Source: Propionibacteriaceae bacterium
GTDB taxonomy: Bacteria; Actinomycetota; Actinomycetes; Propionibacteriales; Propionibacteriaceae
Length of the DNA: 32,000 nucleotides
Direction of reading: 5' to 3'
Assembly (NCBI GenBank): GCA_031256725.1
Contig: JAIRQE010000008.1
Location: forward strand, 1,010 to 33,009
Shown: positions 1 through 9,249 of the stretch, in pieces
How the letters are laid out: the number at the start of each line of letters is the position of its first letter
How positions within the stretch are numbered: the stretch's first letter is position 1
The notes under the pieces: generated by a model
Told to the model about the DNA's origin: nothing
What the model saw: the letters and a program-made list of their open reading frames with translations, nothing else
The model's database searches: none
Program-made: the position numbers and the translations under genes

Positions 1-821
1 AAGTTGGTGGTGAATGCCTTCGCATCATGGGCTTCCAGGAAACTGCGCAACGCGATTTCGAGCTTGGCCGAATAGATCAGGGAATCATAGCGATCCCCAC
101 CCTTGCGCAGATCGGCGACAACGTCGTACTCATCCTCGTAGGCTCCAGCCAAGATCTCAGCTTCTAAGTCGCCGACCTGAGCTACTGCCTCGACGAGATC
201 GTTGACACCGTAGGTGTTCACTGATGTACCGAAGATATGCTCGGCCTCGGTTTTATCCCCCTCAGTGACAGCGACATTGCGCATGTTGTCACCGAAACGT
301 ACGAGGTTCAACTGGCGGGAGGCTGCGTATCCAGCAGAGGCTCTCATCCATATATCGACCTGAGCCTGTACCTGTGGGTTCGAGACATGGCCGACCACTG
401 TGGTACGCGCAATCCCAAGGCGGGACTCGATATAGGCGAACTCGCGGTCTCCGTGGGCGGCCTGGTTGAGGTTCATGAAGTCCATGTCTATGGTGGCCCA
501 AGGCAATTCCACATTGGCTTGGGTGTGGAGGTGAAGGAGAGGCTTCGCCAAACCATCAAGGCCAGCAATCCACATCTTGGCTGGAGAGAAGGTGTGCATC
601 CAGGCGATGACACCAAGACATTCATCATCCCCATTGGCTTCCAACATGATGCGGCGAATAGCATCCTTGCTAGTCAACACGGGTTTCCAGGTCACAGGTA
701 TCGCTAACCCAGCACCATTCAACTCAGCCACGATCTGCTTGGAGTTGTTGGCAACCTGTACTAGGGTCTCCTCACCATAAAGGTGTTGAGAACCCGTGAG
801 AAACCAAATCGTGGGTGACAT
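1..821 (-). CDS. araA: L-arabinose isomerase, N-terminal ~273 aa (3' part lies beyond the window start)
   Basis: Own translation of the minus strand from ATG (complement of 819-821): [31 protein letters not shown]...[19 protein letters not shown]...[19 protein letters not shown]. Typical AraA N-terminus. Absent from the ORF track because it runs off the edge. Last gene of araB-araD-araA. Confidence 0.85.
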   Translation of the reverse strand, partial: MSPTIWFLTGSQHLYGEETLVQVANNSKQIVAELNGAGLAIPVTWKPVLTSKDAIRRIMLEANGDDECLGVIAWMHTFSPAKMWIAGLDGLAKPLLHLHTQANVELPWATIDMDFMNLNQAAHGDREFAYIESRLGIARTTVVGHVSNPQVQAQVDIWMRASAGYAASRQLNLVRFGDNMRNVAVTEGDKTEAEHIFGTSVNTYGVNDLVEAVAQVGDLEAEILAGAYEDEYDVVADLRKGGDRYDSLIYSAKLEIALRSFLEAHDAKAFTTN

Positions 822-842
822 TGTCTGCCTTTCATTGTGGGC

Positions 843-1511
843 CTATTGCCCATATACATTCTTGTAGCGGTCGTAGAGTCGGTCAATGTCTGCCTGGTCG
901 ATCAGATGGGGATCACCCAAGAGGCGAGCCATGTGTACAGTCTTGGCAACCTCCTCACACATGGCTGCCGTTTTGACTGCCGCCCGAGCATCCTTGCCAA
1001 TAGTGAAGGGTCCGTGATTAGCCATGAGTACAGCTGGAGATCGTGAAGCCTTGAGGGTTTCCACGATCCCGCGTCCAATGGAATCATCCCCAATGAGGGC
1101 AAAGGGCCCCACAGGGATCTCTCCCCCAAACTCATCACCCATCATCGTTAAGACACAGGGAATCGACTCACGACGAGCCGCCCATGCAGTGGCATAGGTG
1201 GAATGTGTGTGAACAACCCCGCCCACTTCCGGCATGTGCTGATAGACGTACCCGTGGGCAAAGGTATCCGAACTTGGGGAATAATCCCCTTCGACAAGAT
1301 TCCCCTTGAAGTCAGTAACAACCATGGATTCAGCCGTGAGATCCTCATAGGCAACACCGGAGGGTTTGATCACCATGAGGTCTGCCCCAGGTACCCGTGC
1401 AGAGATGTTGCCTGCTGTCCACACAACCAGATCCCACCGAATCAATTCACTATGGAGTGCTGACACCTCCGCCCGCAGACGAAGGATCTGGGTGGCCACA
1501 TCTGTACTCAT
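843..1511 (-). CDS. araD: L-ribulose-5-phosphate 4-epimerase (class II aldolase fold)
   Basis: 222-aa ORF with GNISARV, VVHTHSTYATAWA and ANHGPFTIG motifs. Sits between ribulokinase and arabinose isomerase genes. Confidence 0.9.
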   Translation of the reverse strand: MSTDVATQILRLRAEVSALHSELIRWDLVVWTAGNISARVPGADLMVIKPSGVAYEDLTAESMVVTDFKGNLVEGDYSPSSDTFAHGYVYQHMPEVGGVVHTHSTYATAWAARRESIPCVLTMMGDEFGGEIPVGPFALIGDDSIGRGIVETLKASRSPAVLMANHGPFTIGKDARAAVKTAAMCEEVAKTVHMARLLGDPHLIDQADIDRLYDRYKNVYGQ

Positions 1512-1522
1512 ATGTGCTCTTC

Positions 1523-3082
1523 CTAGGAGGTTTCAACTGCCGTACGCAGAACAGGGATGGCTTTCTCATAGGCTTCCAGGAACCTTGTATAACCTTCGAC
1601 ATCGTCAGGATCGGGTGCGATAGTCTCAATCTGAGCATCAGCAAAGACCACACTTACCAAGAAATCAGCGAGACTGAGTTCCCGGCTATCCAGTGCATAA
1701 GAAGCAAGGACTGCCATCCCCCATGCGCCACCCTCGGCTGCAGTTTCACCAACACTGACTGGGGTTGATAGTGCGGCTGCCATCAGGGATTGGGCCACAC
1801 CCTTGGTGGCGAAGATCCCACCATGGGCGAACATGGAATCGACCTCAACATTCTCAGATTCGAGGATGCGCATTCCTAGGCTCAAGGTACCAAAGGAACT
1901 CATGATCAGTGTTCTCATGAAGTTTGCGAGGTTGAGTTTCGAGTCCGGAGTACGCAGAATCAGCGGTCTACCTTCCTCCAAGCCTGTGATCGGCTCACCT
2001 GCGAGATAGTTGTATGCGAGGATCCCCCCGCCGTCCTTATCACCGTCAAGTGCTGCCCCGAATAGTGTCGCAAAGACCTGGTTGGTGTCGAGTTCGCATC
2101 CGGCCTTCGCCGCAAACTGACTGAAAATCTGAGCCCAGGCATCAATCTCCGATGCGCCATTATTGCAATGCACCATGGCGACAGGATCCCCTGCAGGTGT
2201 GGTCACCATATCGATCTCTGGATGAAGATCAGCCAACTCTCGTTCGAGGACAATCATGGCGAAGATAGAGGTACCCGCCGAGATATTTCCGGTACGCGGG
2301 GCCACTGCATTGGTGGCAACCATTCCCGTACCAGCATCTCCTTCAGGGGGACATAGGGGAATACCTGCTTGAAGGACGCCAGCTGGATCAAGGAGGAGCG
2401 CTCCTTCGGCGGTCAAGATTCCTGCGTCTGCGCCGGCGTCGCGTACCTCTGGAAGGATCCCAGCCAGGGTGATACCGGCACCTGCTGCATCCAGCTTGGC
2501 TTGGGTTTTTCCTAAGCGCGGCCCATCCCACCCATGGGCCGCATCAATGGGAAAGACTCCCGAAGCATCGCCCACTCCTAGGATTTTCTCGCCGGTCAGC
2601 TTCCAATGGACGTACCCAGACAAGGTGGTCAGGAAACTAATCTGCGAAACATGGGGTTCGCCGTTCAGTACAGCCTGATAGAGGTGGGCGATCGACCACC
2701 TTTGAGGAATCGTGAACCCAAGTTCCTTGGTCAACTCCTCACTGGCATGGTGAGTGATGGTGTTGCGCCAAGTACGGAAAGGCACCAAGAGTTCACCTGT
2801 TTCATTGAAGGCAAGGTACCCATGCATCATCGCGGAGATTCCAATAGTGGACACCGAGGTGAGGGCTGTTCCTGTGGCCTTCTTATACTCCTCGGCTAGG
2901 CGAGCATACGCCTTCTGTACCCCTGCCCAGGCATCCTCTAAGGCATAGGACCAGATCCCGTCAACCAAGTGGTTTTCCCATGTATGGGACCCCACCGCAA
3001 TGACATCCATAGACTCATTAATGATCACAGCCTTGATGCGAGTCGATCCGAACTCGATACCCAGTGAATACCGCTCAGTCAT
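1523..3082 (-). CDS. araB: Ribulokinase (FGGY carbohydrate kinase family)
   Basis: N-terminal YSLGIEFGSTRIKAV and C-terminal FGGY-type HGGIF region. Start placed at ATG 3082 (MTERYSLG) because GGAGG lies 6 nt upstream on the minus strand; the track start at 3094 is 4 codons further upstream. Confidence 0.88.
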   Translation of the reverse strand: MTERYSLGIEFGSTRIKAVIINESMDVIAVGSHTWENHLVDGIWSYALEDAWAGVQKAYARLAEEYKKATGTALTSVSTIGISAMMHGYLAFNETGELLVPFRTWRNTITHHASEELTKELGFTIPQRWSIAHLYQAVLNGEPHVSQISFLTTLSGYVHWKLTGEKILGVGDASGVFPIDAAHGWDGPRLGKTQAKLDAAGAGITLAGILPEVRDAGADAGILTAEGALLLDPAGVLQAGIPLCPPEGDAGTGMVATNAVAPRTGNISAGTSIFAMIVLERELADLHPEIDMVTTPAGDPVAMVHCNNGASEIDAWAQIFSQFAAKAGCELDTNQVFATLFGAALDGDKDGGGILAYNYLAGEPITGLEEGRPLILRTPDSKLNLANFMRTLIMSSFGTLSLGMRILESENVEVDSMFAHGGIFATKGVAQSLMAAALSTPVSVGETAAEGGAWGMAVLASYALDSRELSLADFLVSVVFADAQIETIAPDPDDVEGYTRFLEAYEKAIPVLRTAVETS

Positions 3083-3225
3083 GAAAACCTCCACAATGCC
3101 CTTGTCGATATCCTAGTCACCATAGACCCTATTTTCCCCATGTGTCTGGATTCACGACCCTACGTGGATCTGCATAGATCAGCCCACATGACACAGTAGT
3201 GCAGAACTCAACAATTCTTATCTTA

Positions 3226-3241
3226 ATGTTAACGCTAACAT
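3226..3241. promoter_or_regulatory. Candidate LacI-family operator (near-perfect 16-bp palindrome ATGTTAACGCTAACAT) in the araB / regulator divergent intergenic region
   Basis: Half-sites ATGTTA / TAACAT with a CG-containing centre. It lies between the divergent araB (start 3082) and LacI-family gene (start 3372). LacI-family operators are typically 14-20 bp palindromes with central CG. Confidence 0.45.
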
Positions 3242-3371
3242 GTCTGAAGTGTCAAGAGAATTCCCATGAAGCATCCTGGAGTTTTCACCTGCCGACAAGG
3301 AGATTGAATCATCAGCACAGTGATCGTGAACACTGCCCCTATTCTTTCCAAAAAAGTCCTAAACTGAAGGT

Positions 3372-4385
3372 ATGGAGGCATCTCGCACATCACCTACAAT
3401 TGCCGATGTCGCGGCCCTGGCTGGGGTCTCCCACCAGACCGTATCTCGGGTACTCAACAACCATCCCTCAGTGTCGGCGAAGACCCGCCACAAAGTGAGG
3501 GAAACCATTGCAACCTTGGGGTATCGCCGCAACCTCGCTGCACGTACCCTCGCCACGGGGAATAGCCGCATTATTGGTGTCATGGTTACGAGTACCCATC
3601 TCTCCGGCCCGTCAGGATCCCTGCTCGCTATCGAGCAGACAGCGCGAGCACAAGGATATTGGGTCTCTATGGCAGGCATTCAAGGAGGGGAACCAGATGA
3701 GGTACTTGAGGTCATCTCCCACTTTATTGACCAGGGAGTGGATGGGATCATCGCTGTTGTCCAAACCCAAACAGCAGTCGATGCCACCATCAAGGCATCC
3801 GGCGGGATGCCCACTGTACTGGTCACCTCCGGCGTTGTGCCAGACAACCTTCCCTCAGTGGATATCGACCAGTACACAGGCGCCAAACAGGCGATGACCA
3901 TTCTCAAAGGCCTAGGTCACACAAATATTGCCCATGTCTCGGGCCCGTGTGATGACCTCCATTCAGAGTTACGTGCAGCCGCTTGGCGAAGTTCCCTGCC
4001 TCCCAGCGTCTCCAATCAAGGGATCATCTTTGAAGGGGATTGGAACTCATGGTCAGGATACTGCTGCACAATGTCACTACTGGCCCTAGAAGAACTGCCT
4101 ACTGCTATCTTTGCTGGGAATGACCACATGGCCTTCGGGGTTCTTCGAGCCCTCAACGAACGTGGAATGAAAGTACCCCAAGACATATCAGTTGTTGGCT
4201 TTGATGATATCGGCGGAGCCGACTGTTCGATCCCTCCCTTGACAACCATTCATCAGGATCATCACGCTTTGGGACAAGCAGCCATGGAACTCGTATTAGA
4301 GGCCATTGATGGTCGGCCTGCACGCTCGGTGAAGATTCCTACTCAGTTGATTGTACGATCCTCGACTGGCGTACCTAGTCGCTAA
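3372..4385 (+). CDS. LacI-family transcriptional regulator, probable arabinose-operon repressor
   Basis: N-terminal HTH PTIADVAALAGVSHQTVSRVLNN followed by a periplasmic-binding-protein-like sugar-binding core (VGFDDI). Divergent from araBDA. Confidence 0.85.
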   Translation: MEASRTSPTIADVAALAGVSHQTVSRVLNNHPSVSAKTRHKVRETIATLGYRRNLAARTLATGNSRIIGVMVTSTHLSGPSGSLLAIEQTARAQGYWVSMAGIQGGEPDEVLEVISHFIDQGVDGIIAVVQTQTAVDATIKASGGMPTVLVTSGVVPDNLPSVDIDQYTGAKQAMTILKGLGHTNIAHVSGPCDDLHSELRAAAWRSSLPPSVSNQGIIFEGDWNSWSGYCCTMSLLALEELPTAIFAGNDHMAFGVLRALNERGMKVPQDISVVGFDDIGGADCSIPPLTTIHQDHHALGQAAMELVLEAIDGRPARSVKIPTQLIVRSSTGVPSR

Positions 4386-4447
4386 ACGACCCTTCATGTG
4401 GTCTCGTGTCCCCCTCAAGGGGTTATCCCGCACCTCACCTCATACAT

Positions 4448-5284
4448 TTATGGGGTGACCTCAAAGGTGATCTCTGGGTTGAAGGCGGCCCGTCGTACTG
4501 TTCTTCTGAAGGCAGCCAGAACAGGCAGGCCTACGAGAACGAGAAGGACTGAATTTGTGATGGCTCGACCGGTATCCCATACGGCTGTTGAGGTGATGAG
4601 GGAGAAGACCAGGAACCTGCGGAGATTGTCGATCAGTGAACCACCTGGGATATAGGCCAGTTCGGTTGTACCCACCATGGAGGGGCCGATCAGATAGGGC
4701 CAGAACCACAGGTTCATGATCATTCCGAAGAAATACGCTGTGAAGATACCATAGATCACGAGCATGAGGATCTCCCATTTCCCGCGAATCATCCGCCCAA
4801 AGATGGAGTTGGGCAGCAATCCTGCACCCATACCGATCCATGCTGAGGCAAGCATCTGGAAGGGCATCCAGGGTCCAACACCAGCAGTGAGTAGTGCGGA
4901 AGCGAACAGGGAGGTACATCCCAAAACAAAGCCGAACCCGGGGCCAAAAACCCGTCCAGCAAGGATAAGCAGAAAGAAGACGGTCTCTATTCCACCTGTA
5001 CCTGCTCCCAAGGGTCGAAGGGCAGCATTGATCGCGCTTAGTACCCCCAGGATCGCCAACGCTTTAGCATCCATCCCCTTTTCGGAGATCTGAGCCAGTA
5101 CAAGGAAAACCAAGAGCGGCAAAATAGCGATGAAGATAAATGGGGAGGTGGAGACCATCCCATCCTCGACCCGTACAGGAATGAGCAAGGGCCACGAGAA
5201 CATAGCCAGCCCTGCCACCGTGAGGATGGTGAGCATGAGGGCAGACTTCCACTCAAGGGGTACTGGGTTATGGATCTGGTTCAC
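4448..5284 (-). CDS. Polytopic membrane protein, putative substrate-specific (S) component of the upstream ECF transporter
   Basis: 278 aa and almost entirely hydrophobic helices. Its start overlaps the ATPase stop by 4 nt (ATGA). Last gene of the riboswitch-led operon. Confidence 0.6.
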   Translation of the reverse strand: MNQIHNPVPLEWKSALMLTILTVAGLAMFSWPLLIPVRVEDGMVSTSPFIFIAILPLLVFLVLAQISEKGMDAKALAILGVLSAINAALRPLGAGTGGIETVFFLLILAGRVFGPGFGFVLGCTSLFASALLTAGVGPWMPFQMLASAWIGMGAGLLPNSIFGRMIRGKWEILMLVIYGIFTAYFFGMIMNLWFWPYLIGPSMVGTTELAYIPGGSLIDNLRRFLVFSLITSTAVWDTGRAITNSVLLVLVGLPVLAAFRRTVRRAAFNPEITFEVTP

Positions 5285-7020
5285 CAGGAGACCTCAGATT
5301 CATACCCTCTGGGATCGTGTACGCCGTCATCATGGGAGTCTTCCAAATTCAGTGCTTGACCAACCTGATAGGCAGTCAACCAGCGCTCTGGATATAACAC
5401 CTTGGCAACCTGGGGTGCGAATAAGGCCGAGGTACCAAGTACCTCAGGAGCCGTACCAGATTGGATCACCTCCCCGGCAGCCATGACAATGATCTGGTCT
5501 GCAACCTCAGCAGCAAATTCCACATCGTGGGTCACTACCCCAACACTTCTCCCCTCCCAGGCCATCTCCTCAAGGATCTGGGCCAGTGATGCCTTGGCGG
5601 GGTAATCAAGTCCGCGAGTGGGCTCATCCAAGAGGATCACATGGGGCCGGGCTGTGAGTTGTATCGCGAGCACCAAACACAGTTGCTGACCCTGGGATAG
5701 ATCCCTCGGATGGCTTCGAGAATCAACCTGAGGAGCCAGAGCATCAAGGATTTGCCGACACAACCCCGACTCGCATCCCGATTCCCTATCGGCAGCCTGG
5801 CATTCCTCTTCCACGCTTGACAGGTACAGCAGGTCACACGCGGTTTGAGGTACAAGACGTACGAGGTCACGTACCTTGTCTGGCCCCTTGTTTTCCAGGT
5901 CAATCCCATCGACGGAATACCGACCGGAGTCCATCTTTTGCACCCCTGTCAAAGCCCACAACAGACTGGACTTTCCTGAACCATTTCGACCCATGATGAC
6001 AGTGATCTTGCCTGGGGGGAGGCTGAGTGAGACATTATTAACCGCGCATGTATGTCCGTACATTATCCGTACATTCTTAGTGGTGAGACCATCCGATTCG
6101 ATGGCCTCCAGTCGCTGGGTACCTGATGGTTTCAATGAAGGATCAGCCAGACGTACAGAGGATCTCCCCTGGGCAGGAGGGACACGGCGAAAGCGACCAG
6201 GGTCCTTCGTGACCAGTGCTGCGCGTATCGGATCAGCCATCCGTCGGGCATCACGTACCGATAAGGGGACCTCAGGAAAGGAGGCTATTCGACCCAAGGC
6301 AACCACAGGTGGTACCAAGGAACTCGCCTCCATGATCAAGCGGGTCTCCCCCTGGGTAACCCCACCACGCCCATCAAGGAGGAGCATTTGATCAGCATAT
6401 CCAGCAACCCTCTCCAAACGATGCTCGGCGATGATGACTGTGAGACCAAGATCATGGACCAGCCTCAACAAAGCAGCAAGTACCTCCTCCGATGAGACCG
6501 GATCAAGGGCCGACGTGGGCTCGTCAAGAACAAGTACCCTTACTCCCGTAGCGAGAACAGAACCGACGGCGACCCGTTGCTGCTGACCACCTGAGAGGGT
6601 TCTCAAAGGGCGATTGCGAAGATCGGCAAGACCAAGAATGTCAAGAGTCTCCTCCACCCGTGTCCTCATCTGTTGAGGATCAATCCCAAGCTGCTCCATT
6701 CCATAGGCCAACTCCTCCTCCACGATGTCGGTCACGAAACCAGCGAGAGGATTCTGATTGACAACCCCAATCACATGGGCCAAGTCACGGGGAGGATGCT
6801 GGGCAGTATCAAGCCCCTCAACCTCGACGCGACCAGTCACAATCCCACCAGTGAAATGGGGTACATGCCCATTGATGGCACCCAGGAGGGTGGATTTCCC
6901 TGACCCAGTACGACCCGCCACAAGGATGAGTTGACCATCAGCCAACTCCAAGTTGATGTCACGGATCACAGGCTCCTGGTCGACCCCATACCGTATTGAT
7001 ACAGAATCAAAGCGAATCAT
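5281..7020 (-). CDS. ECF/ABC transporter ATP-binding protein with two fused ATPase domains (EcfA-EcfA' type)
   Basis: Two Walker A motifs (GRTGSGKST, GRNGSGKSS), two signature motifs (LSGGQQQR, LSQGQQ) and two Walker B motifs (LVLDEPTS, ILLDEPTR) in 579 aa. Confidence 0.9.
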   Translation of the reverse strand: MIRFDSVSIRYGVDQEPVIRDINLELADGQLILVAGRTGSGKSTLLGAINGHVPHFTGGIVTGRVEVEGLDTAQHPPRDLAHVIGVVNQNPLAGFVTDIVEEELAYGMEQLGIDPQQMRTRVEETLDILGLADLRNRPLRTLSGGQQQRVAVGSVLATGVRVLVLDEPTSALDPVSSEEVLAALLRLVHDLGLTVIIAEHRLERVAGYADQMLLLDGRGGVTQGETRLIMEASSLVPPVVALGRIASFPEVPLSVRDARRMADPIRAALVTKDPGRFRRVPPAQGRSSVRLADPSLKPSGTQRLEAIESDGLTTKNVRIMYGHTCAVNNVSLSLPPGKITVIMGRNGSGKSSLLWALTGVQKMDSGRYSVDGIDLENKGPDKVRDLVRLVPQTACDLLYLSSVEEECQAADRESGCESGLCRQILDALAPQVDSRSHPRDLSQGQQLCLVLAIQLTARPHVILLDEPTRGLDYPAKASLAQILEEMAWEGRSVGVVTHDVEFAAEVADQIIVMAAGEVIQSGTAPEVLGTSALFAPQVAKVLYPERWLTAYQVGQALNLEDSHDDGVHDPRGYESEVSW

Positions 7021-8302
7021 CGTTCCCCCTCACGCAAATCTCCCCACTGTTCACCCCAAGCGGTGAAAACCCCCTCAAAACCATCGCATTATGATGCTGA
7101 GTGACGGAAATGGATGGGTTTTCACCCCAATTCTCGCCATGATGCAACCCAAACCCACCATTTTGTGTATCCGCACCCAGAAAACCGACGGATTTATGGG
7201 GGTTTTCCACCACTCGCGTTGAAGGAGTCTCAGCAGGGGGACTCATGAATGCAGGAAGAAGGAGCACAACGATGGTACCAATGGCGAGAATACTCACATC
7301 CGGCCATCCAAGAGGAGACACAGGAGGGAAGGCCACCATCGGTTGAAAGATACCAAGGATGAGGATCCCCACACAGGCAGCTACCCCCGACCCGAGGACC
7401 AACCACTCAGCAGCCAGCATCGTGTCAGGACGGTACCTACTCCTGACGACTCGCCGACCTGAGAGTCTCAACCCAACCAGCCCAGCAACAAGACCAAAAA
7501 CCACCATGGGTACCCCCATCCACAGTGGCGTGAACCCGGTATCCAACAATCCATAGGCACCCACACACAATGCCAGGGATGACACGACAAGCAGCACAGA
7601 TGTCAACCGTCGAGAGAACACCGACACCGCCATTGACCTCCCATAGCCACGCGAATCCATGGCAGCAGCCAGGACCAGGGAGCGGTCCAACCCATCCGAG
7701 AGTACAGGCATCGCCACGTTCTTGATCAGATGGGCCCCCTTTCCTGTCTCTGCACGAAGTTGTCGGGCCCTTCGTACCCTTCCAAAAGACTCAGCCAACT
7801 GGGGAAAGATCGATAAGGCGATGACCACCACTGTCCCCCACTCATAGAGCGCACCTGGTACGGCAGCCAAAAGTCGCTTCGGGTTCGCCAAAGCGTTCGC
7901 AGCACCAATAGCCACAACCATTGCCGCCAACTGTAGAGCCGAGATTCCAGCACCCAAGAGCGCCTCCGCAGAAACCGGACCAAAGAGTCTGACAGAATCC
8001 AGAATTCCTGGAAGAGTCAGTGTTGGAAGATGGAAGAGAACAGTGGGTCCCTGCGCCGAGAACACGATCCTCAACAGGATACGTATAGTCACAATGAAGC
8101 ATGCAAGATAGACATAAAGCCTAAAAGCCATAGCCCAGGGCGCACTTCCACGACGCAGGATCACCGTCAAAAAAACGACAGAGATAAGCAGCCCAAGGAT
8201 CGCTGGATTTGTTGTACGTGACGCGACGACCGCGCATCCAATAGCCCATGCCCACCATGCACCTGGGTGCAAGGATCTAGGAGTAAGGAGTCGAAGGGCC
8301 AT
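7007..8302 (-). CDS. ECF transporter transmembrane (T) component, CbiQ/EcfT-like, with an unusual ~100-aa C-terminal extension
   Basis: Multi-pass hydrophobic protein with an Arg-rich coupling region (FGRVRRARQLR). Start moved to ATG 8302 (MALRLLTPRS), which removes the overlap with the upstream gene ending at 8308. The 3' end overlaps the ATPase start. Confidence 0.7.
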   Translation of the reverse strand: MALRLLTPRSLHPGAWWAWAIGCAVVASRTTNPAILGLLISVVFLTVILRRGSAPWAMAFRLYVYLACFIVTIRILLRIVFSAQGPTVLFHLPTLTLPGILDSVRLFGPVSAEALLGAGISALQLAAMVVAIGAANALANPKRLLAAVPGALYEWGTVVVIALSIFPQLAESFGRVRRARQLRAETGKGAHLIKNVAMPVLSDGLDRSLVLAAAMDSRGYGRSMAVSVFSRRLTSVLLVVSSLALCVGAYGLLDTGFTPLWMGVPMVVFGLVAGLVGLRLSGRRVVRSRYRPDTMLAAEWLVLGSGVAACVGILILGIFQPMVAFPPVSPLGWPDVSILAIGTIVVLLLPAFMSPPAETPSTRVVENPHKSVGFLGADTQNGGFGLHHGENWGENPSISVTQHHNAMVLRGFSPLGVNSGEICVRGNDDSL

Positions 8303-8307
8303 GGTAG

Positions 8308-9249
8308 TTATGCTACGCCCGAGCGACGTCGATACCACACGATGCCCGCTACCACACCGTTTGCCAGGATCAACCCCAGGGCAAGGATCACACCCCACGG
8401 TACTCCCCCAGACTTCTCATCAGGAACCTCAGTTTCTCTGGGCGAAAGTTGGGCAGAAGAAGGGGTACCAGCAGTCGAGGCAGTGGCAGTCACCACGCTC
8501 GGTGACACTGAATCCGTTGGAGTCTCACGAGACTGGGTTGGATGATCGCCTGCGGTTGTATCTGAAGCTGGTTTAGCTCCCTGGGTACTTGATGGCTTCA
8601 CCACAGGTGGATGAGAGGTCACTGGGGGCGGCGGTGGCGGTGGCGGTGGGGCTTCGGTGGTCGGAGGCTTCGGAGGATCCGCCCAGAATGCAGGAGAAAT
8701 CCCTGGTCTCGGTCCAGAGCCAAAGGCAGCACCAAGGGCAAAAGACCATCCCTCGTAGCTTCCGAACTTTACACGTCGACTGTTCGCTCCCTGACTCGAA
8801 TAAGTCCAGGATCCTCCTGCATCCGCATGCCAATAGACCCAGTAAGCTGACCCAGGAGGTGTGTTCACGCAGGACTCCATGTAGGACTCACCATTGGGCA
8901 GGGTTATCGACTCTGAAGGGCCTGGGCGGTTGTTGATCCGGCACACGAAACTGCCTCCATCATGGGTGGTCCCCTGAACAGAAGCAACCGTTCTCAAAAC
9001 ATCCATACCCGTAGAACCATTCGCCAGATTTGAGACACAGTACTGCAAGGTTCCCCCACCAAGACTCTGGTAGTCGATCACTATAGAAACCGCATTCGCG
9101 TCATTGGTCAAGCATGGACCTGTACGTACGCTTGCCGCCGAGGCCTGGGGTACAACCTCCCAAGCCTCGGACACAAAAAGGGTACTGGTGGCGACCATGA
9201 TAGTCGCCACCGTACCTAGAAGGATTCTTCTCACGGAAGTACGACCCAC
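8308..9249 (-). CDS. Secreted, C-terminally membrane-anchored protein with a DUF4430-like (transcobalamin beta-domain-like) module and a Pro-rich stalk
   Basis: Signal peptide (LLGTVATIMVATSTLFV...ASA). Core VSIVIDYQSLGGG...CVSN...GMDVLR...FVCRINNRP...YWVYWHA...WTYS resembles the DUF4430 pattern. Then PPPPPPPPP and Ser/Thr/Pro linker, and a terminal TM WGVILALGLILANGVVAGIVWYRRR. Confidence 0.6.
   Translation of the reverse strand: MGRTSVRRILLGTVATIMVATSTLFVSEAWEVVPQASAASVRTGPCLTNDANAVSIVIDYQSLGGGTLQYCVSNLANGSTGMDVLRTVASVQGTTHDGGSFVCRINNRPGPSESITLPNGESYMESCVNTPPGSAYWVYWHADAGGSWTYSSQGANSRRVKFGSYEGWSFALGAAFGSGPRPGISPAFWADPPKPPTTEAPPPPPPPPPVTSHPPVVKPSSTQGAKPASDTTAGDHPTQSRETPTDSVSPSVVTATASTAGTPSSAQLSPRETEVPDEKSGGVPWGVILALGLILANGVVAGIVWYRRRSGVA

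Noticed and set aside
237-707. 156-aa plus-strand ORF (and 289-501 minus, 577-780 plus) inside the araA region
   Set aside because: They are antisense or off-frame to a clear AraA reading frame on the minus strand, with no motifs. This is typical of spurious long ORFs in GC-rich DNA.
8303-8398. N-terminal 32 codons of the track ORF 7007-8398 (EcfT)
   Set aside because: They overlap the 3' end of the upstream exported-protein gene by 91 nt and encode non-membrane Cys/Gly/Pro-rich sequence. The ATG at 8302 begins the hydrophobic EcfT body right after the upstream stop.
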